Shown: positions 20,631 through 30,614 of the stretch, piece after piece
Layout of the letters: each line of letters opens with the position of its first letter
How positions within the stretch are numbered: position 1 is the stretch's first letter
Source: Promethearchaeota archaeon
GTDB lineage: Archaea; Asgardarchaeota; Lokiarchaeia; Sigyniarchaeales; SOKP01
Length of the DNA: 64,000 nt
Reading direction: 5' to 3'
NCBI GenBank assembly: GCA_019058295.1
Contig: JAHPZI010000021.1
Coordinates: 225,141 to 289,140, forward strand
The notes under the pieces: model-generated
What the model was told of the DNA's origin: nothing
Seen by the model: only the letters and a program-made list of their open reading frames with translations
Databases searched by the model: none
Program-made: the position numbers and the translations under genes

Positions 20631-21038
20631 TCAAAATTTAAAATCTTTTTGCCAACTCTTATATCCAATTTTCCAAAGTTTTAATCTCGCTTTATTCACT
20701 AAATTATCAACTTCAATAGCGGGTTTGGGATTATCCATCACTTTACGATAGCGAGTGTAATATTCTTCTGCGCTTGGATTCCCGTGAATCATACTTAAAA
20801 TTGCTTTTTCGGTGAAATATAGTATTAAATCTGGTACTATATCTGGCTTTTTTTTTGTTATTTCTAATGTATTTTCCTCTTTTTTATATAAATAGTAAAT
20901 CAATTTGACATTATCATTATTGATGGAATTTTCAAAGATTTGATATTCCCAACAAGCATTAACATGAAGATGTCTCATTAAATCAAGGGTATTTGGAAAA
21001 TATTTTTTTAATTCAATATATAATTCCTTGGAATCCAT
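20631..21038 (-). CDS. SCP2-like hypothetical protein, paralogue of 22608..23087
   Basis: PDLILYFTEKAI...EEY...DNP...KL..IGY aligns with SDLELALSIAAV...VEY...NDP...TL..MGY. Confidence 0.55.
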   Translation of the reverse strand: MDSKELYIELKKYFPNTLDLMRHLHVNACWEYQIFENSINNDNVKLIYYLYKKEENTLEITKKKPDIVPDLILYFTEKAILSMIHGNPSAEEYYTRYRKVMDNPKPAIEVDNLVNKARLKLWKIGYKSWQKDFKF

Positions 21039-21057
21039 TGGAATCCAACTCTATTTA

Positions 21058-22551
21058 TTACTTTATTTTATCAATATTTAATGGGGTTCCATCATAAATA
21101 TATTTTCCAAAAACTAATTCTTGCGGATAATATTTACATCCTGGAGGATATGCGGAATCCTTAATTCCCCCTAAGGATACAGTAATATCAACCAGCATAG
21201 GTCTGGCATTAATATAAATATTCGCTGCCTCCAATTTATTTTTGAAAATCTCAATATTGCCCAAATTCGAAGTATACACAACTGCTCGCATACCATAATT
21301 ACTAGCATTAGCTAATTTTATGGCATCTTTCATATCATTAGCTTTAGTTACGGATCGGACGGGGCCAAATGCTTCTTCTCGCCATAAAAATGGCGCTTTT
21401 GTTAAATCTTCGCAAAGTTCAGGCTTTATCTCTACTAATGTAGGTTTATAGAATAATCCATAATCCGCCCCGGTATCGATTTTTTCTGCTCCTGTGTAAA
21501 TTTTTGCTCCAAATTTTTTAGCATCTTCGACCATTACTTCCATCATCATTAGTATTTTTCTACTTCCTAATGGCCCAATATCTACATCTGGATCCGTCGG
21601 ATCTCCATATTTTAATTTCTCCATTTCTTTTATTACTAATTCAATATATTCATCATAAATATCTTTATGAACAATTATTCGTTTCATTGAAAAGCATTGC
21701 TGTCCTGAATTAGTAAAACTAGCCATTACATTCCATTTTGCTACTTGCTCCAAATTCACATCATTCATAACTATACCAGCATCATTTCCAGCACATTCAA
21801 AAAAGAATTGTTTAAATGGAGTAGTATACATGGTAACGCCCATGGATCTATCAACGCCTTTCTTTAATACTTTCGCATAACGAACTAATATATCCTTTGC
21901 TGTATGCGATGCTGTAATCGTCATTATTGTTTTGACTAAGGGAGAGCTGAGAAACTCATCCACTGCCCATTCTCCAGGAGCTATAACTAGACCTAAAGCA
22001 TCAAGACCGGGTAGATCTATATCTTCCATCATAGCATAAGCTTCTAACATGGTTAACGGACAAGCCGTAGATGGTTTAACAATGGCACCATTCCCAACTA
22101 AATAATTAGCGCCTAATTGATAAAGAGGGAGACTAATAGGTGTATTACGAGGAGAAATACATGCTGCCAACCCATGAGGTATATATCTAATCCTAACGTT
22201 TTGCTCTCCTTCTATACTGGTTAATGTTTTCTCTTCTAAAAATTGATAATACCAATCGCAAAACTTAAATCCAGTTAAAACAATAGACAGCTCCCATTCA
22301 GAATATTTAACTGGAAGCCCTCCTTCTGCAACAATTAAATCTTTCAATTTTTGCTTATTAAATCTTAATTTGCTTGAATATCTTGATAAGAGATTTGCTC
22401 GTTCGAAAAAGTCCATCTCTGTTAATAAATGTTGGTGTTCATGTACACGCTTTATCTTTTCCCTAACTGTTTCGACTGTGTCTGCAGGGATAGTGTCAAT
22501 AATTTCGCCTGTATACTTGTTTTTAATCTCTAACTCTTTTACTTTTGACAT
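21058..22551 (-). CDS. Aldehyde dehydrogenase family protein (divergent cofactor motifs)
   Basis: ISPRNTP, VKPS, NSGQQC (catalytic Cys), EEAFGPV, ANASNYGM. Confidence 0.85.
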   Translation of the reverse strand: MSKVKELEIKNKYTGEIIDTIPADTVETVREKIKRVHEHQHLLTEMDFFERANLLSRYSSKLRFNKQKLKDLIVAEGGLPVKYSEWELSIVLTGFKFCDWYYQFLEEKTLTSIEGEQNVRIRYIPHGLAACISPRNTPISLPLYQLGANYLVGNGAIVKPSTACPLTMLEAYAMMEDIDLPGLDALGLVIAPGEWAVDEFLSSPLVKTIMTITASHTAKDILVRYAKVLKKGVDRSMGVTMYTTPFKQFFFECAGNDAGIVMNDVNLEQVAKWNVMASFTNSGQQCFSMKRIIVHKDIYDEYIELVIKEMEKLKYGDPTDPDVDIGPLGSRKILMMMEVMVEDAKKFGAKIYTGAEKIDTGADYGLFYKPTLVEIKPELCEDLTKAPFLWREEAFGPVRSVTKANDMKDAIKLANASNYGMRAVVYTSNLGNIEIFKNKLEAANIYINARPMLVDITVSLGGIKDSAYPPGCKYYPQELVFGKYIYDGTPLNIDKIK

Positions 22552-22607
22552 ATGTCTTATCTTCCAATATATTTTTTTTAATATTAGTTTATTTTAAAAA
22601 AATGAGT

Positions 22608-23087
22608 TTAAAGCTTGTATACTTCATCTTCATCTTCAAGTATACCAGCTGTCTTTGCAAACTTTCCATAACCCATATCTATTAAAGTTTGCGTCCTTTT
22701 ATACAAAGTAAAATCAATCCATTCTTTCTCTTCATCCGGATCATTATAATACGAACCAAGTAGCTGTGCGTACTCCACTTTCGTATCTGTTTGAACTAGT
22801 TTTTTAACGGCAGCAATCGAGAGCGCTAGTTCCAAATCAGATTCATTCGCCCTTCCTGATTTTATTTCAATTCCATTTTCATTGCGAAGCACATTAAATG
22901 TATCCGCAGGAGACTTATCAAAATAATCCTTAATTGAATTATAGAGGCAAAAATCGAATATCGATCCATCATCTAAATCAGAAAAAATCTCAGGATATTT
23001 TGTGAGAAAGATAGTATAATTTTTTGCTATTTCAGTTCTAAATTCTTGAATATCAATAACTTGCCCTGTTAATTCTTCTTCTAACAT
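22608..23087 (-). CDS. SCP2-like hypothetical protein
   Basis: GIEIKSGRANESDLELAL beta/alpha pattern; paralogue of 20631..21038. Confidence 0.55.
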   Translation of the reverse strand: MLEEELTGQVIDIQEFRTEIAKNYTIFLTKYPEIFSDLDDGSIFDFCLYNSIKDYFDKSPADTFNVLRNENGIEIKSGRANESDLELALSIAAVKKLVQTDTKVEYAQLLGSYYNDPDEEKEWIDFTLYKRTQTLIDMGYGKFAKTAGILEDEDEVYKL

Positions 23088-23104
23088 TTTTTAACATCTT
23101 ATTC

Positions 23105-24118
23105 CTATTTTTTTTTGCTTTTTTCATTAGTTTTAATAAAGTTCTGATACCAAGCTACAGTTTTTTCTAGTCCCTCTCTTAATGGAGTAATTTTATAGCC
23201 TAGTTTTTCAATAGCTTTTTTTGATGAAAATGCCCAATTATATTTTAAAACATCAATAACTTCTCGAGTAATATATGGTTCTTTTTTACTAATCTTTGAT
23301 TTCATTTGACAAATTCGAGCATAAGAATAACCACCCCACATTGGGAAACGTCTAGGCTTTTTTACATCTGCAATTTCTGCTACTAAATCGAGATAATCTC
23401 CAAAGGGCAGATTTTCTCCTCCAAGAATAAAATCTTCACCATTTAAATCATTTTTTTCGATGACACTTACCATTCCTTCAACAACATCATATAAATACGA
23501 CATACAGCCAATTGAATCTCCTTTCCCCGCTAATCCTAAAAATTTTCCTCTAACAATGTCATAAAGCATTTCACCGAAAATATTCCAATCGCCAGGACCA
23601 TAAATGATTCCAGGATAAAATACTATCGTTTTAAGTCCTTTGTTAATAAATTCTTTAATTTTTTTAAGACCAAAATGCTTGCTTCTTTCATATTCCAAAC
23701 AAAAAATTCCCTGATGTTCAAAAGTTTCATCAACAGGATTACCTGTTCCATCATTATTGGGGCCTAGAGCTGCAAATGAGCTTATATAAACAAGCCTTTT
23801 ATTCTTTTCTAAAGCTACATTTGCTATATTTTCGGTTCCTTTAACATTTGTATTTTCCCATAATGCTTTATCTTTAGCCCATTTCCGTGTATAGGCAGCA
23901 AGATGGTAAATTATATCGACATTTTCTGCAGCTTTATATAAACTTTCAATATCTCGAATATCTCCAATAATATACTCAATCCTTTCTAAATCTTCAAAAG
24001 GAGTTAAGTTGCTAGTTTCTCTTATTAAAAGCTTTAAATTATGTCCCAATGTCTGTAATCGCTTTACTAATGGAACGCCCAAATAGCCCGTTCCACCTGT
24101 TATTAAAATAGTAACCAT
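23105..24118 (-). CDS. Extended SDR, NAD-dependent epimerase/dehydratase (HpnA / 3-beta-HSD-like)
   Basis: ITGGTGYLG, IYHLAA, YISS, YERSK (YxxxK), IYGPGD. Confidence 0.88.
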   Translation of the reverse strand: MVTILITGGTGYLGVPLVKRLQTLGHNLKLLIRETSNLTPFEDLERIEYIIGDIRDIESLYKAAENVDIIYHLAAYTRKWAKDKALWENTNVKGTENIANVALEKNKRLVYISSFAALGPNNDGTGNPVDETFEHQGIFCLEYERSKHFGLKKIKEFINKGLKTIVFYPGIIYGPGDWNIFGEMLYDIVRGKFLGLAGKGDSIGCMSYLYDVVEGMVSVIEKNDLNGEDFILGGENLPFGDYLDLVAEIADVKKPRRFPMWGGYSYARICQMKSKISKKEPYITREVIDVLKYNWAFSSKKAIEKLGYKITPLREGLEKTVAWYQNFIKTNEKSKKK

Positions 24119-24459
24119 GTCATGACCTTATTAAACTATTTACACAAAGATAAGTTTTGATTTAATAAGATTTTATTAATTTTTTAATAATAAAAAAGTT
24201 GTCATATTTTTCCAAATATTTCATGTTTTTTCAATTTGTTTTCTGCTTATATATTGAAAAATCTTGGAAAAAAAAATTAGAAATAATAACTAGATATGAT
24301 TCTTAGCTCTTTTAATCTCAAAATTATTATTAATTTAGTATCAATAGATATTTTGAAAATTAAAAATTTTTTAAATTTTAAGGAATATATTTTTAAGGAG
24401 AATCTTACTAATTACTTTTATCAATTTTTTTAAAAAAAAAGTTTTGAGGGAAAAAAAAT

Positions 24460-24657
24460 ATGCCGTATAGCCCACCTACAAAAATGACCATAATTATCTC
24501 CCTTATTATCTTAATAATAGGTTTTATATTAGGAATAGTTGGTCTTTATGTACCTGCCGTAAAAGACTGGTCTGAAATACTAATTCTTATCGGTCTTATT
24601 CTGTGTTGTATAGCTTGGGTTCTTATGTTTTTAGGAGTAATGATTCGCGGAATTTAG
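24460..24657 (+). CDS. Small 2-TM membrane protein
   Basis: Two hydrophobic helices; GAGGG upstream; T-tract downstream. Confidence 0.65.
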   Translation: MPYSPPTKMTIIISLIILIIGFILGIVGLYVPAVKDWSEILILIGLILCCIAWVLMFLGVMIRGI

Positions 24658-24792
24658 CTTCAAGACATTCATATAAGTGAAAAAATAAATTCCTATTTTT
24701 TTTTTTCTTATTTATTAGAAGTAATAATTTATTATAGAATATTTAACAATGATATAATTATCTAATAAAAATTTTTTAGCGGTAATAAAAAG

Positions 24793-25332
24793 ATGAGTGA
24801 ATCATTAGCTGACAAGTTTTCTAGTATTAAATTTAAAGAAGAATCTAAAAGTCTCAGAAAAAAAATATCAATTGGAATCTTAATTGTATTGATTTTAGGA
24901 TATATCTTTGTAGGATTGTTTAATTTTGTTGTAGTTTGGTCTGCCTCAGGAATAAGAGTACGAACTAAAAACTTCGATAGAGCCTCTGTTGATAATACAA
25001 CTATTGGTATTAAAGGAGATATTATGATTAAAAATGACCATTGGTACTCTGTTGATATAGATGATTTAATTATTGAAATGGGAATATATACTGAAGATGG
25101 AGATAAAATTAAGGAGAAAAGAAAAGAAGTAAATAAAATTCCAAGACTTAAGAATGAATTAATTGAACTTGATTTTACTTTCGCACTTTCAGATATAGAC
25201 TACGATGATATTATGGCATATTACTCGTTGCTCAATACAGATAAGTTAGTTATAGAATTTAGTGTTTCTGTTAGGTATACGATGTATATAATAAAATTTG
25301 AAATAGAAACTGAAGCTGAACTGGAGGGATAG
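24793..25332 (+). CDS. Membrane-anchored beta-sandwich protein (LEA_2-like)
   Basis: One N-terminal TM, then IKNDHWYSVDIDDL beta-strand pattern. Confidence 0.55.
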   Translation: MSESLADKFSSIKFKEESKSLRKKISIGILIVLILGYIFVGLFNFVVVWSASGIRVRTKNFDRASVDNTTIGIKGDIMIKNDHWYSVDIDDLIIEMGIYTEDGDKIKEKRKEVNKIPRLKNELIELDFTFALSDIDYDDIMAYYSLLNTDKLVIEFSVSVRYTMYIIKFEIETEAELEG

Positions 25333-25342
25333 GGGTGATAAA

Positions 25343-25819
25343 ATGTCAAGATGGATAAATTGGGTTACTTTTTTTAGGAACTTAATCTTATCAATTATTT
25401 TCGGATTTGTAGTACCATATTATTTAGTAATTAATCTTGATCCTAATGGGATTTTATTTAATGTAGATGCCCTAATAATTAATGGCTGGATTTTCCTCTT
25501 AATGTATAGCTTTTATGGTTTTTTCAAGAAAGAAACGGTCATTAGATTCTTTATCGGTTGTGGATGGATTGCTACATTGGTTTATTTCTATACAGTAGGT
25601 TCTAATGTTTATACCTCTTATTTGCCTAATTGTGGCTTTGGTTTATTCTGTGTTGATGGCGAATTGAATAACGTCAAAATAGCATTTCAATTTAGTTATG
25701 CGTGGTTGATTATTATCTTCCTAAGCTTGAAGGGTTTGAACCTATTTAGGCATTTAGTAAAACCAATGGAAGAAAAAAAATACGACTATCTGCAATTTTC
25801 AAAATATCTCGGAGAATAA
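25343..25819 (+). CDS. Integral membrane protein (4 TM), likely co-transcribed with 24793..25332
   Basis: GGGGTGA ribosome-binding site 10 bp after the previous stop; four hydrophobic segments. Confidence 0.7.
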   Translation: MSRWINWVTFFRNLILSIIFGFVVPYYLVINLDPNGILFNVDALIINGWIFLLMYSFYGFFKKETVIRFFIGCGWIATLVYFYTVGSNVYTSYLPNCGFGLFCVDGELNNVKIAFQFSYAWLIIIFLSLKGLNLFRHLVKPMEEKKYDYLQFSKYLGE

Positions 25820-25976
25820 TTAAATAACTTCTTTTTTTTTTTTTCGACATTTTAAAATTATCCATTAGATTTATATATAAAATTCTTGACAGAGAGGGGC
25901 GATTTTACAGTCTAAATAGAATATCTTTAATAGTGTAAAAAAATAGTTTAAAAAAAAAAAGAATTTAAAAATTTTA

Positions 25977-26213
25977 TTATGATCTGGATTTTGCTTTGCG
26001 AACGATGAAGTAAACTATAATTCCTATGATCGGAGATAATAAAAGAATTATAATCCAGAGTTCTCCGTTTAAGTCTCTCTTTACAGCGTCTTTATAGATA
26101 TATTGAACCAAATAGATATATACTATAATTAAAGCTATTGCTAAAATAATTAAAAGAGCAATTACAAAGATTGGTAATGCTGTCATCACTTCGCCTCTTT
26201 CTAATAATACCAT
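25977..26213 (-). CDS. Small membrane protein (PLDc N-terminal-like)
   Basis: YIYKDAVKR...LWIIILLLSPIIGIIVYFIVR. Confidence 0.7.
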   Translation of the reverse strand: MVLLERGEVMTALPIFVIALLIILAIALIIVYIYLVQYIYKDAVKRDLNGELWIIILLLSPIIGIIVYFIVRKAKSRS

Positions 26214-26393
26214 TTTACTTTCCTCATTTTTTTTTATTCATAAGTTATATTTTTTACTTATTATTTATAGAAAAATACTCATTATATTTAAATCATCACT
26301 AGTCCAATATTTGAAATATGTATTTTTATTAAAAAAAATATATAATTTTATAAGAGGGGATGAACATTATTAAAATATAAGGTTCAATAAAAG

Positions 26394-27137
26394 GTGGTTA
26401 CAATTACTAATGAATCTAAAAAAAATCCAAGAATTAATTTTTTAATAGAAAATGAAGTAAAGGATAGATGGATTAAGTTCGTTGAAGATAATGAGGATCT
26501 CTCAACCCTATCCAAATTAATTCGTATAGCTGTTGAAAATTATATAGAACAACAATTGAATAAAGAAGAAAGCTATAAAATTTCTAAATTTGCACATAGA
26601 ATAAAAGAAGAATTAAGCTCAATAAAAGGTTATTCAAAGATGTTAATGGATGAATTTAAAGATGAGTGGTCTTTTGAAAATTTAAAAAAACTTTCCCATA
26701 TATATCAAAATAGCCTAACTATAGAAAATATAATTAATTTAATTCAAAATCCAGAAAGTATTGAGAAACAGAAATATGATGTTTTAATTATTGATGATAA
26801 TCCTGGTGCGATTGATTTAATAACTGATATATTAAAAAATAAAGGTCTTTCTTATAAAACAGCTCATTCTGGGAGTAGTGCTCTTGAATTATTAAAAATT
26901 TCAAAGCCTAAATTAATTTTACTGGATATTCTCTTACCTGGGAGTGATGGATATGAAATTTGCATGAAGATAAAGACAAAAAAAAGCTTAAAGGATATTC
27001 CAGTGTATTACATCACAGCTGTACCTGAAGAAGAAGTTGCTGAGAAATTTAAGGAAACAGGAGCAGAAGGATATATTTTAAAACCTTTTGAAGTTGAAAA
27101 TTTTAATTCTATAATTCAATCAGTAAAAAATAAATAG
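26394..27137 (+). CDS. Response regulator with RHH, HisKA-like hairpin and receiver domains
   Basis: RINFLI...LSKLIRIAVENYI (RHH); FAHRIKEELSSIKGY (H-box-like); LIIDDN, LILLDILLP, ITA, YILKPF (REC). Confidence 0.85.
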   Translation: MVTITNESKKNPRINFLIENEVKDRWIKFVEDNEDLSTLSKLIRIAVENYIEQQLNKEESYKISKFAHRIKEELSSIKGYSKMLMDEFKDEWSFENLKKLSHIYQNSLTIENIINLIQNPESIEKQKYDVLIIDDNPGAIDLITDILKNKGLSYKTAHSGSSALELLKISKPKLILLDILLPGSDGYEICMKIKTKKSLKDIPVYYITAVPEEEVAEKFKETGAEGYILKPFEVENFNSIIQSVKNK

Positions 27138-27144
27138 AGATAGG

Positions 27145-28554
27145 ATGATCTTCCAGCAAACACCGAGGGAACACTTTTCTATTATATTCTTTGTAATCAG
27201 TTTTATAATATCTATAATACTGTTAATGTTGATTATACATTTTTACCGTAAGAAGAAAAGTGCTATTAGAATGTTCCTTATAGTTATGTTTTTAGCAAAC
27301 TTTTTATTTACAATGATTGGGATAATTGGTTATTATACTCCAGGTTATTTAGTGGAATTTATACTTTCATTAATAGCGATAATAGCAGTATTTATTGTAT
27401 TAATTACATTAAACAGAAAACTCTCTGAAGAAATGGAGGAAACTGCTGAAGAACTAAAAGTATCTGAAGATAAATATCGAATGATAATTGATAATATAAT
27501 TGATGTGATTTTTGAAATAGATTTAAATGGAGCCTTTTCATATTTTAGCCCACAAATCAAAGAACTTCTCAATTACGATCCTGAAGAGATATTGATTCTT
27601 GAAATGTCTACATTTATTCATTCAGAGGATTTACAGTTATTAGAGAACTCAGTTGAAAAAATGAAAGAGACAGGAGAGAATTTATCTATTGAATGTAGGT
27701 TTATACACAAGTCTGGTAGATACATACCTACCTCCACAAGAGCTAGTTTAGTAAAAGATAAAAAAGGTAAATTAAAGAAGATAGTTGGGATTATTAGAGA
27801 TATAACAGAACAAAAGAAAACAGAAAAAATAATCCAAAAGCAAATGGATAAATTAAAAGAAATTGATAAAATTCGCACAGATCTCGTAAGAAGGACGTCG
27901 CATGAATTAAAAACCCCTTTATTATCTATATATAGCTCATCTCAATATTTGTTGGATTCCTATAAAGATAGTTTAAATGAGGACATCCTTAAGCTCATTG
28001 GAACAATAAATAGAGGGGGAAAACGACTTAAAATTTTAACTGATAATTTAATAGCTTCATATAATATAGAATCGAGAGGGATAGAATTAAAGAAAGAAAA
28101 AGTAGATATAGTTAAGACTATAAAGCAATGCGTTGATGACTTAATACTATCCATAGAAGAAAGAGATCTTTATTTAAAATTTGAGCTTGATGACAGCTAT
28201 TTTATTGAAATTGATAAAATGAGAATTGAACAGGTAATATTAAATATTTTATCCAATGCTATAAAAAATACTCCACCAAAGGGTTTTATTTATATTACAT
28301 TAGAGGAGAATGGTGAATTTATAGATATTATTGTAAATGACACTGGAATAGGATTTAATGAATCTGAAAAAGAGAAGATCTTTAAAAAGTTTGGAAAAAT
28401 TGAAAGACAAGGCGAATATATTAATACAGAAGGATCTGGGCTTGGATTGTATATCTCAAAAGAAATAGTGGAATTACATGGTGGAAGGATCCTTGTTGAA
28501 TCTGAAGGGAGAAATCAAGGAGCTAAATTTATAATACATCTCCCTATAAAATAG
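27145..28554 (+). CDS. Membrane PAS-domain sensor histidine kinase
   Basis: 3 TM; PAS/PAC (FIHSED, GIIRDITEQK); SHELKTPL; NILSNAIK; DTGIG; GSGLGL. Confidence 0.93.
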   Translation: MIFQQTPREHFSIIFFVISFIISIILLMLIIHFYRKKKSAIRMFLIVMFLANFLFTMIGIIGYYTPGYLVEFILSLIAIIAVFIVLITLNRKLSEEMEETAEELKVSEDKYRMIIDNIIDVIFEIDLNGAFSYFSPQIKELLNYDPEEILILEMSTFIHSEDLQLLENSVEKMKETGENLSIECRFIHKSGRYIPTSTRASLVKDKKGKLKKIVGIIRDITEQKKTEKIIQKQMDKLKEIDKIRTDLVRRTSHELKTPLLSIYSSSQYLLDSYKDSLNEDILKLIGTINRGGKRLKILTDNLIASYNIESRGIELKKEKVDIVKTIKQCVDDLILSIEERDLYLKFELDDSYFIEIDKMRIEQVILNILSNAIKNTPPKGFIYITLEENGEFIDIIVNDTGIGFNESEKEKIFKKFGKIERQGEYINTEGSGLGLYISKEIVELHGGRILVESEGRNQGAKFIIHLPIK

Positions 28555-28662
28555 AATATAATAAGACCTTTTTGAATATGGGACTTAATATTAATATCTA
28601 TAAAATTTGAAATTATAATAAATATTTAATTAAATTAAATAATATTTTATTTGGTTTTATGA

Positions 28663-29475
28663 ATGAGTCAGAATTTAGAAAGATATTGGGAATTTGGAAA
28701 AAAATTTGAGCAATTTTTAAGACCAGCTACTTTTCCAATAGCGATTAAACTAATAAAAAATGAATCAGAAATTCCTCCAGGCTGTAAAAGCCCTGATAAG
28801 GATTTAAAAATCCAAAACTTTGTATGTCAGAATTTTACAATGGTCAGAAGATATGGTTCGAGTGTTTTAATTACAGAAAAAGATATAGTTTGTAAATTTG
28901 CTCGAACTGTATATGGTTGGGATGAAATTAATGAAAAAATGGCAGAATGGGGAAATAAGTTCAACATAGGGCTCTATGCTAAAGATTTAGAAACTTCTAA
29001 AAAAATACAAAGACACATTTATATCTTGAATAATGAATATATAGGGCTTGTAATTTCACCTCTCACGCGAACTAAAGTGGAACCAGATGTTGTTCAAATC
29101 TATTGTACACCTGCTCAAGCAATGCGGTTAACTCAAGCATATCTTTATATGGAAGGTGGGATTCTTAGATTCACAGACGCAGGAAGGATGGGGTCTTGTC
29201 ATATTGGTGTAATAAAAACCTTTCAAACTAACAAACCTCAATTAGTAATGCTGGGAAATGGAGATCGAGTATGGGGTGGCGCAGAAGATTATGAAGTCAT
29301 GTATTCGATTCCACAGAGTAAATTAGATATTATCATCGAGGGCTTAGAAGCAACTCATACAGCAGGATTGAGATATCCAATACCTAAATATATGAATTAT
29401 AAGCCAGGTTTCCAAACAGATTTTGAGAAAAGGGCAAAAAAAAGAGCGGGGGGCACAATACTTAAAGAAAATTAG
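28663..29475 (+). CDS. DUF169 family protein
   Basis: PIAIKL, VCQ, PDVVQIYCTPAQAMRL, GDRVWGG. Confidence 0.8.
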   Translation: MSQNLERYWEFGKKFEQFLRPATFPIAIKLIKNESEIPPGCKSPDKDLKIQNFVCQNFTMVRRYGSSVLITEKDIVCKFARTVYGWDEINEKMAEWGNKFNIGLYAKDLETSKKIQRHIYILNNEYIGLVISPLTRTKVEPDVVQIYCTPAQAMRLTQAYLYMEGGILRFTDAGRMGSCHIGVIKTFQTNKPQLVMLGNGDRVWGGAEDYEVMYSIPQSKLDIIIEGLEATHTAGLRYPIPKYMNYKPGFQTDFEKRAKKRAGGTILKEN

Positions 29476-29507
29476 TTCATTTTTTTTTAGCCAATCAAGA
29501 TTGTCTT

Positions 29508-30527
29508 TTAATTGATAATTTTAAGTTTATATTTATCCATAAATCCCGCCATGGGGATAAATTCATTGTTTTCTATGCCCATTCTTATTTTATGGTTATT
29601 CATCAGAGATTCATAGGTTGATTGGGTAATCTCACGTATGGGATTACCCCAAATATAAAGTTCTTTAAGTGATTTTAAATCTTCCAAGTTTTCTAGTCGA
29701 TTAATTTTATTTTCAGAAAGATCCAAATGTTCGAGATTTGGTAAATTTTCAAGATTTTCTAATTTTATGATTTCATTATGATTTAGGTCGAGCCAGGTGA
29801 GCTTTTCAAGTCCATTAAGATTCTCTATTTTTGATATTTGGTTATAACCGAGCATAATTCTTTCTAAATTACTTAAATTGCTAAGATTATCAATATCTTT
29901 AATTTCGTTATTATACAAAACAAGATCTCTTAGATTTGTTAAATAATCAAGTCCAGAAATTTTTGTAATTGAATTTGAGGCAAGATTAAGATATTCGAGT
30001 GATGTAGGTAAGATTAAATTATCAAGGGCTATGATATAATTATTATGCAAATCCAAATCCGACAATTTGCCCAAGCTTGATAAATTTGCATGTAGTTCTA
30101 TCTGATTTTCAGCTAGATTTAGTTTTTCTAGATTTTTCAATCCGTCAAGCCCTTCAATTCTTTTTATCTGGTTGAAAGAGAGATTTAGTTCAATTAAATT
30201 TGTGTTTTCATCTAAATTTTCGATTTTTTCTAGACGCGCATTATGAATTCCTAATGTCTTTAGATTTTTCAAAGAATGAAGATTTTGAATTTTCGAAATC
30301 TTATTCCCAAAAAGAAAGAGAGATTCAAGTTGAGGAAAAAGGTGAGTATATTCAATTTTTTCTATCTGAACATCTAGATCATGTTGTATTAGACTTATAC
30401 TTTTTAAATTTGGAAAGATTTCAAATTCTTTTAAATTCTTAATTGGTATATAGGCGAGTCTTAAATATGTGATATCTTTTTTATAGTTTTTACCATAAAA
30501 TGTGATTTGATCTTTTTCCTCGCTCAT
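29508..30527 (-). CDS. Leucine-rich repeat protein (SDS22-like, 22-aa repeats)
   Basis: About 11 LxxLxLxxNxIxxIENL repeats ending in LYIWGNPI. Confidence 0.92.
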   Translation of the reverse strand: MSEEKDQITFYGKNYKKDITYLRLAYIPIKNLKEFEIFPNLKSISLIQHDLDVQIEKIEYTHLFPQLESLFLFGNKISKIQNLHSLKNLKTLGIHNARLEKIENLDENTNLIELNLSFNQIKRIEGLDGLKNLEKLNLAENQIELHANLSSLGKLSDLDLHNNYIIALDNLILPTSLEYLNLASNSITKISGLDYLTNLRDLVLYNNEIKDIDNLSNLSNLERIMLGYNQISKIENLNGLEKLTWLDLNHNEIIKLENLENLPNLEHLDLSENKINRLENLEDLKSLKELYIWGNPIREITQSTYESLMNNHKIRMGIENNEFIPMAGFMDKYKLKIIN

Positions 30528-30614
30528 AGTTAATAACTCAAATTATTAATACATTATAATAGTTATTAAAATGCTGGATGTGATTCCGAAATATTAAATG
30601 ATTTTCAAATATCA

